A DNA stretch of 64,000 nucleotides from Candidatus Dojkabacteria bacterium (GCA_025999215.1 AP024679.1:36007-100006), one strand, 5' to 3'; counted from the first letter of the stretch, positions 32,112 through 43,426 are shown. Notes: generated by a model from the sequence alone, not told the origin. A program made the numbers and translations.

Positions 32112-33602
32112 ATGAAACCAGAACAAGCTCCTAAACAAGCTCCTAACAATCCATCTGAAAATCCGCAAGAAACAAATTTAATTCTGGGAATTTTTGCAGA
32201 AATAGAAAAACTGCTTACAGATTTAGAAGATAACTCTGATTTGGGAAATTGGTTAAAGAATTTTAAGCAAGTTGATGAAGATAACTCCTCTGATAACAGT
32301 GAGCAACAAAAAATCCCTAATGTTCCAATTGGAAAAATTAAGGGTGATATAACATATTGCTTAGACCTCCTATTTACAGAAGGTGTTAGCGAAGATAGAG
32401 CTGTAAAAATATTAATTATTCTTACTCTTTTAAATACTAGAAATGGTAATATTCCCGAAAAATTAAAGATAAACTTGATATCTTTTTTTATACAATACTT
32501 AGAAGATAAAAGAGATGAAGATTTCGTTAAAAAGGTGATTAAACAATACTTCTACATATCACTAAACACAAATCTTGACATTTTAAATTTCATAGTTACT
32601 TCTTTGCTTAAAAATTCACACTTACACTTATTCAAACTTACAATAGAAGGTTTATTTAATGATGTCTTGAATAGTCGAAATATTAGTGACAATCCGTCAA
32701 AACAAATATTAATTAATATCCTTAATGCTCTAGAATCTATAAATCAAGATAAAAAAAATATAAACGAAACAAAAGCTGAGCTTTCATTGTTACTATTGTT
32801 AATTGAAAGTTTCAATAAAAATAACAAAGAATCTCAAAATTTCAATGGAAATATTGAATCGCACTTGAACAAGTTTATTGAAAATAAAAAAAATTTTAAA
32901 GATGAAAGACTATGTATTAATCCTCCCTGTAACATAGTACAAAATTTTTCCATAAAAAAAGAAGGAAACGTCATTAAAATTACATTTAATATTGGAAGCA
33001 AACCTGTATTTTTGATATTAAAAAATTTTGAACTATCGCAGGTCTCTATCTCTAATACTAGTATTTTAGAAATCTTGGAGAAAATTATTTTAGTCGTAAC
33101 ATTTTTTAATTTACACAATCAAAATAAGTCAGTCTATTTAGATTTAGAAAATTTAAATATTAAACATGTAATATCAAAATTAGTAGAATTAATTTTGAAG
33201 GATTTTGTTACATTTCTTAACCACTCATCAATTCATTTTCGTAGTATGAATGAAAGTATAGATCTTACTGTAACAGAAAGAATTGAAAATAATCAAATTC
33301 ATACTGCATTTGAAAATCCAAGTCAACTGGTTCAACTAATGATATGTGCACAAATTTTTAGAAGTTCTGAAATACCCTCCATTAACGTTCATGGAGAAAA
33401 AGTAACACTCACAATTAAAATAGATTCAAATTTTTTAGAAGAATTTGAAACAATATTTGGATACTACAAGGCATCAAAAGTTAATGGTAAGACTGCGTAT
33501 GTGACACAAAATATTGATAATAAAAAAGTTATAATAACCATAGTATTGCTCAAGGAGGCAGATAACTTTAATATTATTACAACTTATCCAACAATTACTT
33601 GA
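32112..33602 (+). CDS. Orphan hypothetical protein (496 aa)
   Basis: Long ORF; Pro/Gln/Glu-rich N-terminus including a 12-bp tandem duplication aacaagctccta at 32122-32145; ends IITTYPT. Confidence 0.75.
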   Translation: MKPEQAPKQAPNNPSENPQETNLILGIFAEIEKLLTDLEDNSDLGNWLKNFKQVDEDNSSDNSEQQKIPNVPIGKIKGDITYCLDLLFTEGVSEDRAVKILIILTLLNTRNGNIPEKLKINLISFFIQYLEDKRDEDFVKKVIKQYFYISLNTNLDILNFIVTSLLKNSHLHLFKLTIEGLFNDVLNSRNISDNPSKQILINILNALESINQDKKNINETKAELSLLLLLIESFNKNNKESQNFNGNIESHLNKFIENKKNFKDERLCINPPCNIVQNFSIKKEGNVIKITFNIGSKPVFLILKNFELSQVSISNTSILEILEKIILVVTFFNLHNQNKSVYLDLENLNIKHVISKLVELILKDFVTFLNHSSIHFRSMNESIDLTVTERIENNQIHTAFENPSQLVQLMICAQIFRSSEIPSINVHGEKVTLTIKIDSNFLEEFETIFGYYKASKVNGKTAYVTQNIDNKKVIITIVLLKEADNFNIITTYPTIT

Positions 33603-33638
33603 TTTGGTTTAACAAAATGTTAAAATGTATATAGTCTT

Positions 33639-34088
33639 ATGCCAGAAATTATGCCAAATTATAACCAACAAGAAATACCCGATAGGTTAAAGGAGGGAAT
33701 ACGGTGGTTAATTAACAAACTTAGCCCTATCTATAATCAGGATGTCAAAGAAGGACCCTTGCCTTTAATGAAAATCTTAATAAATGAAGAAAAACGTCAA
33801 CAAGATTTGGACTACATTAAAAGGATTGCTAAATATTGGCAAAATTACAGGAATTATATACAAAATAACTCAAAAGAGATTATAATAAATCAACTAAAGG
33901 AACTTTTAACAATTACAGATGGGTTCTATGGAATAGAAGAAATTGAAGGATTAACTCAACCTCCTTTTAACTTTGATGGTAGTAATCCACCATATAATAC
34001 TGAACAACTTGCTGAAATGCTTGTTCAGATATTAGATATTTTACCAAAATTATTGAACCAACTTGATCAAACCCCAGATGAATTCTAA
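33639..34088 (+). CDS. Hypothetical protein (149 aa)
   Basis: ORF preceded by a TGtTAAAAT element; no recognised motif. Confidence 0.7.
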   Translation: MPEIMPNYNQQEIPDRLKEGIRWLINKLSPIYNQDVKEGPLPLMKILINEEKRQQDLDYIKRIAKYWQNYRNYIQNNSKEIIINQLKELLTITDGFYGIEEIEGLTQPPFNFDGSNPPYNTEQLAEMLVQILDILPKLLNQLDQTPDEF

Positions 34089-34739
34089 TTATTTATATTT
34101 TAAAATTAAAATACCAGAAACAAAACTAACTAGAAAACTAACTGATAAAACTAGTGTTAATTCAAAATTTGGATTATATAATTCACTTGATTGGTAGGGC
34201 TTTTGGGTTTCACTATAATTATTATTAAAATTTTCATCCTCCACATAACTTGGCACAACAATTTCAAAGTTTGAATCATCTTCTAATTCTTCATCTTTAT
34301 AATTTTGTAAAGAATTCAAAAGAATTTCGTTTTCATTAATAACTATTTTAGTATTATCATTAACATTAAAACTTAGATTTTTAGCTTCATTTGATATCAA
34401 ATGTATTTCACCCAAAACTTGCCTATCATCAAAACTTCCACTCGTACTAACAATGCTAACGCAAATTCTACCATCAACTACAAAATTTTCACCACATTGT
34501 GATGGTAAGTAAAATAGTTTTGAATTTTTATTTTTTATAAATTCTAGACTTTCAAAGTCACCGTTCACGCTAATATCTAAATCAATCGCATTAGTAACAC
34601 TCGCAGATTCAAAAACAACTTCAAATATTACTTCCCCAGAACCATTTAAATTTTCATCTTTAAGCTCAAAAACAACTTCTTGAGCAAATACTGGGAAAAC
34701 AAGCACCAACCAAAGAATTGTTATCAAAAAAAACCTCAT
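34089..34739 (-). CDS. Secreted, C-terminally anchored protein, possibly cohesin-like beta-sandwich
   Basis: Signal peptide MRFFLITILWLVLVFPVFA, beta-rich domain, C-terminal TM with basic tail; start at ATG 34739. Confidence 0.6.
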   Translation of the reverse strand: MRFFLITILWLVLVFPVFAQEVVFELKDENLNGSGEVIFEVVFESASVTNAIDLDISVNGDFESLEFIKNKNSKLFYLPSQCGENFVVDGRICVSIVSTSGSFDDRQVLGEIHLISNEAKNLSFNVNDNTKIVINENEILLNSLQNYKDEELEDDSNFEIVVPSYVEDENFNNNYSETQKPYQSSELYNPNFELTLVLSVSFLVSFVSGILILKYK

Positions 34740-34790
34740 ATTTAATACTAGCAAATAATTAATTTTTGTAAAATTATGATAAAATTAATC

Positions 34791-36041
34791 ATGGCGAAAG
34801 ATTTAAAATTCACAAAAGAAATTTTAGATAATGGATTAACCCTTGTAGTCGTAGAAGAAGAAAATTCACCAACAGTCACTGTAACAACTATTTATAAAGT
34901 CGGCTCCAAAAACGAACACCCAGAGCACACTGGATTTGCTCATCTTTTTGAACATCTGATGTTTGGAGGTTCTAAAAATATTACTAACTTTGATAAAGAA
35001 CTTGAAAAAATCGGAGGTTCATGTAATGCATTTACTGCTCAGGACTATACCAATTATTACACAAGAGCTCTCGCTTCAAACTTAGAAGTTCTTCTGTGGC
35101 TTGAATCAGACAGAATGTTAGAATTAAAGTTAGACCAAAAAAGACTGGATGTTCAAAAAGGAGTGGTCATTGAAGAATTCAAAGAAAGATATCTAAATAG
35201 TCCATACGGAGATTACTGGCTTGAAGTTTATCCTCTTGTGTTTGGTGAAAATAATGCTTATGGTTGGCATGTGATAGGTAAAAGTTTAGAAGACATTAAA
35301 AAATCTAATTTAGATGATGTAAGAGATTTTTTTTATACTTTTTATAGACCGGATAATGCTATTCTAGCAATAGCAGGGGGTGTTGATACCAAAGAAACTA
35401 TTGAACTTGTTAAAAAATGGTATTCAGACATTCCAAAAGCAAAGAAACAAAGCTATGAAGTTGGCAAACCTCAACCCATCAAAGGTATCAAAACCAAAAC
35501 TGTTTATTCTGATGTACCGAATGATGCTCTTGGAATTTTTTTCAATGCTCCTAGCGTTCGTGACAAAGACTATTTTTCTTTTCAGATTTTAATAGAAATT
35601 TTAGGTGGTCGCTCAACAGCAGTACTACCTTACACTTTGGTGAAAGAAAAGGAACTATGCATTTCTTTTGGTGTCGATGAATTTGAACATTTAGATCTAA
35701 ATGCTCTTTGTTTGACTACGACAATTAATTCAAACGCGAATATATCTCAAGTTGAAGATGAAATTTGGACTATTTTAAAAAAGGTATCCGATTTAATTAC
35801 TCAGGAGGAACTTGATCGGACAATTAACAATAAGCTCTTTGCAAAAGAATATGGTTTAATGACTAACCTTGCAAAAGCCAACATGATTGCTTTTTATGAG
35901 TTGATAGGTGATATTGATAGAATAAATAATTTTTATGATATGTACAAAAAAATTAAACTCAATGATGTGAAAGATTTAGCTAATAGAATAATTTCAGAAC
36001 AAAACTATGCAGTACTTTATTATCGCGCCCAAAATGCTTGA
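34791..36041 (+). CDS. M16B zinc peptidase, catalytic subunit
   Basis: LDNGL, VGSKNE, TGFAHLFEHLMF (HxxEH), NAFT, ESDRM; start MAKDL at 34791. Confidence 0.93.
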   Translation: MAKDLKFTKEILDNGLTLVVVEEENSPTVTVTTIYKVGSKNEHPEHTGFAHLFEHLMFGGSKNITNFDKELEKIGGSCNAFTAQDYTNYYTRALASNLEVLLWLESDRMLELKLDQKRLDVQKGVVIEEFKERYLNSPYGDYWLEVYPLVFGENNAYGWHVIGKSLEDIKKSNLDDVRDFFYTFYRPDNAILAIAGGVDTKETIELVKKWYSDIPKAKKQSYEVGKPQPIKGIKTKTVYSDVPNDALGIFFNAPSVRDKDYFSFQILIEILGGRSTAVLPYTLVKEKELCISFGVDEFEHLDLNALCLTTTINSNANISQVEDEIWTILKKVSDLITQEELDRTINNKLFAKEYGLMTNLAKANMIAFYELIGDIDRINNFYDMYKKIKLNDVKDLANRIISEQNYAVLYYRAQNA

Positions 36042-37344
36042 TAGATCCAAAAAACCTAAAACAAAAAACTATTTTGAATTGCAAAATATCGTACCAGAGG
36101 TTTTGTGTGATGATAAGGTTGAAATTTTTTATCATGATCAAACAAAAGAAGATGTGATTGTTTTGAAATTATACTATCCACTTAATGCTCTCGACATTCC
36201 AAACGCCCTTGTTACAAGTTATCTGGCAAAGGTTTTACTTGAATGTGGCACTCAAAAATATAGTTTCAAAGAATTATTAGACGCATACACTTACCATGGT
36301 ATTTCCTTGTCAATGTTCTCTAATCCTTTTGCCTTGGAGATAAACGGAGAATGTCTAACATCTAAATTTTCAGAACTTCTACACTTTTTAGATGAAATAA
36401 TTTATCAACCTAGATTTGATGTTAAAGAATTTAAAAAAATAATGTTGAGGGCAAAGCAGAATTTTAAAATAAACATGAATGATAATAGTTATCTGGCTGA
36501 CGTTCTGATGGGGCAAAAAATGTTTGGAAATAACAATCCTTATGGGTATTTTCTAAAAGAAAAAGATTACGATGACATTGCAATTGATCAATTCAAAACT
36601 CTTCACGAGGAAAGAGTAATTCCTAGAACCCCAACTGTTAGCATAGCTGGAAATTTAAGCGAAAAGCAACTTAAACAACTTCAAAAATTTTTAACTGAAA
36701 GAGCAAGTAAAAAAGTTCCTTTTGACACAGGAATTAAATTTACAAAACCTGCTACAAACAAAAAGTTGTCACAAAAAATTAAAAAGAAAGCAACCCAAAC
36801 TTCAATTAGAAGTTTTTCTATTATTTCAAATATAGATTGCGAAACAGAAGAATTTTTTAATTTAAAAATTACTAATTTTATTTATGGTGGATCTTTTTTC
36901 AATTGTAGATTAATGCAAACTCTCCGCGAAGAAAAAGGCTACACATACGGAGCACACTCTTGGTTGTCAGACTATAACTCTCATGCTTTAGCTTTAGAAA
37001 TCAGCACTGAAGTAAAATCTGAAACAACACAAGATTCAATTAAAATAATTTTTGATGAAATGATCAATCTATCTCATAACAAATTGCAAAAAAACCTAAT
37101 TCCTATGGTAAAAATCAAACTAAAGACAAAGCTAGCAGATAGCCTTTCTCATGCATTCCGGCAACTTGATTTTTATATTGAACGAAAACTTAAAAATATT
37201 GATCCTCAGGAATCTTTAAAGAATTATGTAAGAGCAATAGAAAATTTTAATCACGATGTGCTTGTACAAACAGCGGAGAATTTTTTGAGACCGGAAAATT
37301 TCTATACGGTCTTAGTAACTCCTCAAAAAGTTTCGTTGGATTAA
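36034..37344 (+). CDS. M16B peptidase, non-catalytic partner subunit
   Basis: MLDRSKKP start, no HxxEH, C-terminal YGGSFF..RLMQTLREEKGYTYG. Confidence 0.88.
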   Translation: MLDRSKKPKTKNYFELQNIVPEVLCDDKVEIFYHDQTKEDVIVLKLYYPLNALDIPNALVTSYLAKVLLECGTQKYSFKELLDAYTYHGISLSMFSNPFALEINGECLTSKFSELLHFLDEIIYQPRFDVKEFKKIMLRAKQNFKINMNDNSYLADVLMGQKMFGNNNPYGYFLKEKDYDDIAIDQFKTLHEERVIPRTPTVSIAGNLSEKQLKQLQKFLTERASKKVPFDTGIKFTKPATNKKLSQKIKKKATQTSIRSFSIISNIDCETEEFFNLKITNFIYGGSFFNCRLMQTLREEKGYTYGAHSWLSDYNSHALALEISTEVKSETTQDSIKIIFDEMINLSHNKLQKNLIPMVKIKLKTKLADSLSHAFRQLDFYIERKLKNIDPQESLKNYVRAIENFNHDVLVQTAENFLRPENFYTVLVTPQKVSLD

Positions 37345-37348
37345 AGCG

Positions 37349-39826
37349 TTAAGTATTTTTTACAACTTGAAATTTACCGTTTTTATAATCAATTATAACT
37401 TTATCACCACTCGCTATTTCTTCTTTTAGCAATGCCTCAGCAAGTAAATCGTCAATTTCTTTTTGCACTACTCTCCTTACTGGTCTAGCACCAAACTCTG
37501 GTTGATAACTAATTAATGCCAACTCTTCAATTGCTTTTTTTGTTACTTCAAGCTCAATATTTTGATCTTTCATCATTTTCTTAGTCTTGTTCAAGAAAAG
37601 TTCAACAATTTTTATAATTTGATCTGGCGATAACGCTTGGAATACTATGATTTCATCAAGCCTGTTTAAAAATTCAGGTCTAAAATGTTTTTTCAATAGT
37701 TCAAAAATTGCTGCCTTAACATCATCCCAATTCGGAACGAGTTCCTTAGTTTCTTTCATCTTAATTATTTTTGTATCATTTTCCTTTTTCATTGAATCAA
37801 CCATTTTCCCTATTTGTTGAGCACCAAAAGCACTTAAGATTAAATCTGAACCAATATTGCTCGTAGCAATAATAATCGTATTTTTAAAATCCACAGTTCT
37901 ACCTTTTCCATCAGTTAGCTTTCCATCATCCATAACTTGAAGCAATATATTAAACACATCAGGATGAGCTTTCTCTATCTCGTCAAAAAGAATAACTGAG
38001 TATGGTTTTCGTCTAACTTTCTCAGTTAACTGACCACCTTCATCATAACCCACATAACCAGGTGGGGATCCAATTAAACGAGTTACCGCGAATTTTTCCA
38101 TATACTCACTCATATCAATTCTAATCATTGCATCCTCATCACCAAAAACAAGTTCTGATAAAGCTTTAGCAAGCTCAGTTTTTCCAACTCCTGTTGGACC
38201 CAAAAATAAAAATGAGGCAATAGGTCTGTTAGGATCTTTCATTCCAGTTCTAGCTCTTCTGATTGCTCTAGCCACAAGATGCACGGCTTCATCCTGTCCT
38301 ATCACTCTTTTGTGTAATTCATCTTCAAGATTCAAAAGTCTATCTTTTTCCTCTTTATTTAGCTCAGTTATTGGAATACCTGTCATTCTTGAAATAATTT
38401 CATGTATATCACTCACTTTAACAACAGGAGTACCTGTACCTCGCTTTCGTTGCCACTCTTCCTCTATTGGCTTCATTTGTTCTTTGATTTTTTCAATTTC
38501 AACCTTTATTTCAGCTGCTTCTTTATGCTGTCCTGCTCGTGTTAAAGCTTCTCTCTCAGCTTCTAGCTTATTAATCTCATTTTTGTATTCTCTAAGCTCA
38601 TTTGGCTCACTTGTAAAATTTAGTTTAACTCGACTACAAGCTTCATCAAGTACATCAATAGCTTTATCTGGTAAAAATCTATTTTTTATGTACCTGTGAG
38701 ATAGTTCTGAAGCTGCGGCTATTGCTTCATCATCGATTTTTAACTTATGATGAGCCTCATAACGCTCTTTTAAACCTTTTAAAATTTTTATAGTATCTTC
38801 AACACTTGGCTCATTTATGAGCACAGGTTGAAATCTTCTTTCTAAAGCTGCATCTTTTTCAATATATTTTTGATATTCATTTAGAGTTGTTGCTCCAATT
38901 ACTTGCAACTCTCCTCTTGCTAAAGCGGGTTTGATCAAATTTGAAAAATCTAGTTCTCCCTGTTGAGCTCCAGAACCAACAATTGTATGTAATTCATCAA
39001 TAAACAAAATAACCTTTCTTTCTACTTTTTGTAATTCATCGAGTAATTTTTTTGCTCTTTCTTCAAATTCACCTCTATATTTCGATCCAGCAACCAAACC
39101 TGCAAGATCAAGCGCTTTAACTTTTTTATCTTTAAGCACTTCTGGTACTTGACCATTTACTATCCTCAAAGCCAGACCTTCCGCTATTGCTGTTTTACCG
39201 ACTCCTGGTTCTCCTATCAAAACAGGGTTGTTCTTTTTTCTTCTTGACAAAATTTCTATAACCCTTGTTATTTCCTCATCTCTTCCAATCACAGGATCAA
39301 TTTTGTCTTCCATAGCAAGTGCAGTTAGATCTTTTGTAAACTCATCCAATGTTGGTGTTTCAGTTTCACCTAAATTTTTTCCTTCTTTATCGCCTTGCCC
39401 AACAATTTTTATTACAGCTTGTCGCGCTTGTGGATGCGTTATTGCGTACTTTCTCAAAATTTGTGCAGCAATTCCCTCGCTTTCTAAAATTAATCCTAAA
39501 AACAAATGTTCAGTTCCAATGTAGTTGTGATTCAATTCAAGTGCTTCTCTATAAGCTAACTGAACAACTTGTTGCGCCCTTGGTGAAAAGGAAGGTTTAT
39601 CAATTGAAAAATTTCCAACAGAACACTGCTTATCAACCACATTTTTTAATTCTTCAACCTTTATTCCAAGCTCCTTAAAAACCCTATTCATTACCACATC
39701 ATCAGATGTTAAAGCATACAGCAAGTGTTCGGTGTCAACTGACCGCTGTTTTTTTGAAACGGCATATTCTACCGCATTCTGCAGTGCTGTTTCTGTTCTT
39801 TTGGCAAATAGATCTGATAGGTTCAT
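37349..39826 (-). CDS. clpC: ATP-dependent Clp protease/chaperone ATPase, ClpC-type
   Basis: Two Clp-N repeats (TEHL), [13 protein letters not shown], short UVR-like middle domain, [21 protein letters not shown]; start ATG 39826. Could be annotated clpB. Confidence 0.85.
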   Translation of the reverse strand: MNLSDLFAKRTETALQNAVEYAVSKKQRSVDTEHLLYALTSDDVVMNRVFKELGIKVEELKNVVDKQCSVGNFSIDKPSFSPRAQQVVQLAYREALELNHNYIGTEHLFLGLILESEGIAAQILRKYAITHPQARQAVIKIVGQGDKEGKNLGETETPTLDEFTKDLTALAMEDKIDPVIGRDEEITRVIEILSRRKKNNPVLIGEPGVGKTAIAEGLALRIVNGQVPEVLKDKKVKALDLAGLVAGSKYRGEFEERAKKLLDELQKVERKVILFIDELHTIVGSGAQQGELDFSNLIKPALARGELQVIGATTLNEYQKYIEKDAALERRFQPVLINEPSVEDTIKILKGLKERYEAHHKLKIDDEAIAAASELSHRYIKNRFLPDKAIDVLDEACSRVKLNFTSEPNELREYKNEINKLEAEREALTRAGQHKEAAEIKVEIEKIKEQMKPIEEEWQRKRGTGTPVVKVSDIHEIISRMTGIPITELNKEEKDRLLNLEDELHKRVIGQDEAVHLVARAIRRARTGMKDPNRPIASFLFLGPTGVGKTELAKALSELVFGDEDAMIRIDMSEYMEKFAVTRLIGSPPGYVGYDEGGQLTEKVRRKPYSVILFDEIEKAHPDVFNILLQVMDDGKLTDGKGRTVDFKNTIIIATSNIGSDLILSAFGAQQIGKMVDSMKKENDTKIIKMKETKELVPNWDDVKAAIFELLKKHFRPEFLNRLDEIIVFQALSPDQIIKIVELFLNKTKKMMKDQNIELEVTKKAIEELALISYQPEFGARPVRRVVQKEIDDLLAEALLKEEIASGDKVIIDYKNGKFQVVKNT

Positions 39827-39834
39827 ACCTAATT

Positions 39835-39861
39835 TTAGCACACTTTATTAAAGAGTGCTAA
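39835..39861. promoter_or_regulatory. CIRCE element (HrcA operator) overlapping the clpC extended -10
   Basis: TTAGCACAC-N9-GAGTGCTAA, one mismatch to TTAGCACTC-N9-GAGTGCTAA; overlaps minus-strand TGcTAAAAT (39840-39832). Confidence 0.9.
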
Positions 39862-39865
39862 TTTT

Positions 39866-40867
39866 TTATGAATTTAGAATTTTTTTTATTTCAGGTAATA
39901 AATCAATAAATTTATATATTTCGTTTTTTTGTACTGAATAGACTTCTCCATGATATCCAAGTGCTGAAATACAGTAGTTAAATGCTTTTGTAGTTCCATT
40001 ATTTTGAAAATTTTGTGGTTCTACGCTTGGAATGGTTTGAGATGAAATAAAAGCCTTGAAAATGTTTAAATCATCTAACTTTTCTCTCAAGACTGGATGC
40101 AAAATATGGCTTCCTGCTCTGTAAACTATCATGGGTCCCTCTCCAATTTTTGGCACCACATCTTCATTTGACATCATATGATTAGATGGAAAATAGTCAA
40201 GCACACAACAATATTCAACCGTGTATTCATAACCAATACCGTTGCCAGCATGATTTTGCATTTCTTCATCATCGTGAAAAGCAATGCAAGCATTATCTAA
40301 GAAATTTTTACTTGTTTTGAGTATGGTGAGTAGTGAAAAAATTGAAACAGCATTGTCAATACTACTCGAAAAAATGGCAGAATCAGTCTCCCAGTATTCT
40401 TTTTTAAATGATCCAAAAACTCCAGGTACTATTCCATTTTTTTCTAACTCTTCTTTGCTATTAAATCCAAGGTACAAAAAAAGTTCCGAAAATTTTTCAA
40501 TATTTTCAGACTTGAGATTACTTTTATGGTAAATTCCTCCATGGAAAATTCCCTTTTTAGTTTTGACATAAACAGCAGAATGATCAAATCTATTGGGAAA
40601 AACCCAGCCAATAGGTAAAATACTACATGTTCCATCTTCAAAAACCTTTGTTATTTGAAAACCAACCTGATCAATATGAGCGCTAAACATAACTTTAGAA
40701 TTTCTTGGATCACCAACAATTATAGTTCCAAATCTATTTACAAAATATTCAACACCGATATCATCTAATTCTCTTAAGATAAAATTTTTCATACCTTCTG
40801 TGTCACCAGTAACAGAATGTATCTTGCTTAATTTTTCAAGCAGTTTAAAACTTAATTTATTTTTCAT
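39866..40867 (-). CDS. M42-like (TET) aminopeptidase, divergent
   Basis: SAHIDQVGF, IDN, DEEM, LDY, YH metal-ligand pattern. Confidence 0.75.
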   Translation of the reverse strand: MKNKLSFKLLEKLSKIHSVTGDTEGMKNFILRELDDIGVEYFVNRFGTIIVGDPRNSKVMFSAHIDQVGFQITKVFEDGTCSILPIGWVFPNRFDHSAVYVKTKKGIFHGGIYHKSNLKSENIEKFSELFLYLGFNSKEELEKNGIVPGVFGSFKKEYWETDSAIFSSSIDNAVSIFSLLTILKTSKNFLDNACIAFHDDEEMQNHAGNGIGYEYTVEYCCVLDYFPSNHMMSNEDVVPKIGEGPMIVYRAGSHILHPVLREKLDDLNIFKAFISSQTIPSVEPQNFQNNGTTKAFNYCISALGYHGEVYSVQKNEIYKFIDLLPEIKKILNS

Positions 40868-41798
40868 TATTAATCAAATTAAAAATTTTAAATGTTGTTT
40901 CTTCAATGTCTTTTTCACTAAAAAAATTAATGTCATCCAATTTTGAATGATAAATTGTCATCAGTTTATTCAAATCACAAGAAAACATTCGGGTTTGACT
41001 GAAAACAGACTGATCTTTGATTGGAAAACCTAGCATCAAAGTTTCTACATCATTATAAACTTTAAGCTCACCAAAAGCTATGCAATCAACGATTAAATGT
41101 TTAGCTTTGTTAAAGATTGTACTATATTCTTTTTCAAATTGCCTATATCCATAACCCCAATATGTAGGAAAATCGTAAGAGAGTTCTTCATTTCCAGAAA
41201 ACACAAAAAGTGAATTCTCGAGAATTAAAGAATTTTTTGATAAAAGATTTAGCATCACTAAAGTTCCACTCAAATTATCAACGACTCCATTTTCAACTGT
41301 ATCAAGGTGAGAATAAACGATAAATTCAGGATTTTGAAAATTTCCAACCAAAACATTAGCGGTAGTATAATTGTATTTTTCAACTTCAATGTAGCTTTTT
41401 ATGTTTCGGCTTTTCTTTGTTTTTGATGAATTCAAAAACACTTGGCTTGACCGCCCATGAAGGAGTCCTTTCGTAAAGGTGTGTTTGGAGATTGCGCTGC
41501 AATGTGGATTAGTAGCGATATAATTTCTTTCGAAATCTAAGTCTTCTTCAAACGTACTTAACGTAAAATCATTTTGCTCACCTGATTCAAAGCATATCGG
41601 CTCCGCTTCAATCTTTTGACCATCAATTTCTAACCCATAATCCTTGTAAACGGGAACACTATTTTTAAATTGTTGGATAACAGGGTTAAATTCTTTCAAA
41701 AAATCAACCAAAATTTCTGTTGCCGCCTCTTCTCCTTGGGCATTTCTTTTAATCAGGTTTTTTTGAATAACTTTTTCTAGAAATTTTTTATAATTCAT
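40857..41798 (-). CDS. M28-like zinc peptidase
   Basis: SHLDT, GVVDNLSG, GNEE, VDCI, YHSKLD. Confidence 0.75.
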   Translation of the reverse strand: MNYKKFLEKVIQKNLIKRNAQGEEAATEILVDFLKEFNPVIQQFKNSVPVYKDYGLEIDGQKIEAEPICFESGEQNDFTLSTFEEDLDFERNYIATNPHCSAISKHTFTKGLLHGRSSQVFLNSSKTKKSRNIKSYIEVEKYNYTTANVLVGNFQNPEFIVYSHLDTVENGVVDNLSGTLVMLNLLSKNSLILENSLFVFSGNEELSYDFPTYWGYGYRQFEKEYSTIFNKAKHLIVDCIAFGELKVYNDVETLMLGFPIKDQSVFSQTRMFSCDLNKLMTIYHSKLDDINFFSEKDIEETTFKIFNLINNEK

Positions 41799-41820
41799 AA
41801 TGTAACTTTAACTAAAACGA

Positions 41821-42912
41821 TTATACTTCATTTTTTACAAAATTCTGGAGAATATTATAGAACTCAATCAAACTATCTATATCTACCCATTCCTCGTCGC
41901 TTGCAATTCCACCTCCGATTGGTCCAAACTCTACTGCTGGTATCCCTATACGTGCGTAGTGCCTTGCATCGGAAGAACCCATAGCAGAATAAAATTTTTG
42001 TTTTCTTTTTGTTATTTGCTCAGTGATAGATTTTAATTGTTGCAAATAAGCATTATTTTCTTCAACATTTAGACACGGTTCGTCAACTACAATCTCAACA
42101 CCATCCGCCCTACTTTCTTTTTAATTTTTTCTATCAAACCTTCTTTATCTTCTGGTAAATATCTCAAATCCAAACTTAAAATACATTCATCAGGAATTTT
42201 ATTGAAAGCTTTATTGTTTGTTTCAATGTTACTAAAATTTACAGAAGTTACCCAGACATTTTTTTCTTGAGTTTTTGGAATAGGAAACAATTTCAAAATT
42301 CTTCTCAATTGCTTCACTTGCTTTGCTGGATTGAATTTAGCCCAAGCCAAGGATAAGCTCCATGAGCTGTTTTTCCTTTAAATTTTAGTTTAAGCCATAC
42401 TATTCCTCTTGCCCTTTATTGACTATATCAAAATTTGTAGCTTCACCTGCTATCACAAACTTTGCTCGAACGCCTTGATCAATCTGATATTTCGTTCCAT
42501 AAAACCCTCCCACCTCTTCGTCAGTAACTATTTGTAGGGCAACTGAAGTGTTGGTTTTGTGAGCTATATCTCTAAAAGCATAAACCATACTAGCAATATT
42601 GCCTTTCATATCCATGCTCCCAATACCATAAATTTTATTATCTTCTATTCTAGCCTGATATTTTTCAAATTTTGCAGGTATGACATCTAAGTGCCCGTTA
42701 AGGATTAAATCAAAGTTTCTGTGTCCTGTTGATTTGTTGTGAATCAGTAAACTTTTGTAGCCATTACTTTCAAACTCTTCGATCGTATAGTCAGTTAGCT
42801 CACTTTTAACAATTTCTAAACTATTTTCTAATTCGGCAAAATTAGTAGGGTTAGTTTTTATTTCAATGAGTTTAACTGCAAGGTCGATTATTTTTTGTTT
42901 TATTTGTTTCAC
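41821..42912 (-). CDS. M20 (DapE/ArgE-like) metallopeptidase, split into three ORFs by indels
   Basis: NGHLDV, GSMDMKG, TDEEVGG, AGE; FNKIPD...DLR; GSSDARHY, FGPIG...EWV. Confidence 0.85.
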
Positions 42913-42973
42913 AGCATTTGATTAAACTATAAGTTTAATTTTTTTAATTTGCAAAGATTCAGTTTTGTATTGT

Positions 42974-43426
42974 TTATGGTTCAAGCGCTAATTCGTGTTG
43001 TCTTGAACTTTCTCTTTTAGACGCATTTCCGCCTGAGCCGGCTCTTATTTCTTTCCAATTGTAAAAATTTTTTCCAAATTTTTCATAAAATTCTTGAAAT
43101 TTGTCATTAAAAATTTCAGAAATTTGCGCCTTAATTTTGAAATCTGAAATCTGCTTTCCTGCAGCAATCATGAAAATCCCTTTTTTAGCTAGGCGTTTCT
43201 GTTCTCGCTTTGATTTTGGCTGCCGACAAACCTGCAATGCAATATTTATTTCAATTTCATTAATTTTAAACTTTAATAGCACATCTGTCTTCGCGCCATA
43301 ATCCAAGTCAGGACTTGCTTCTACTGTAAACCCCATTGCTTTGGCTATTTCTTTAACACGCTCTTCAGCTCTCTTACCTACTTCTTGAGCTTCTCTCCCT
43401 TGATTTTGTCTTAGCTTTTCTTTCAT
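42974..43426 (-). CDS. Hypothetical protein, possible PD-(D/E)XK-like fold
   Basis: GKRAEE...DLDYGAKTDVLL...IALQV arrangement. Confidence 0.5.
   Translation of the reverse strand: MKEKLRQNQGREAQEVGKRAEERVKEIAKAMGFTVEASPDLDYGAKTDVLLKFKINEIEINIALQVCRQPKSKREQKRLAKKGIFMIAAGKQISDFKIKAQISEIFNDKFQEFYEKFGKNFYNWKEIRAGSGGNASKRESSRQHELALEP

Noticed and set aside
38310-39678. Antisense ORFs in clpC and similar short shadow ORFs elsewhere (e.g. 9466..9849, 63128..63568)
   Set aside because: They lie opposite well-supported genes and have no motifs or start signals.
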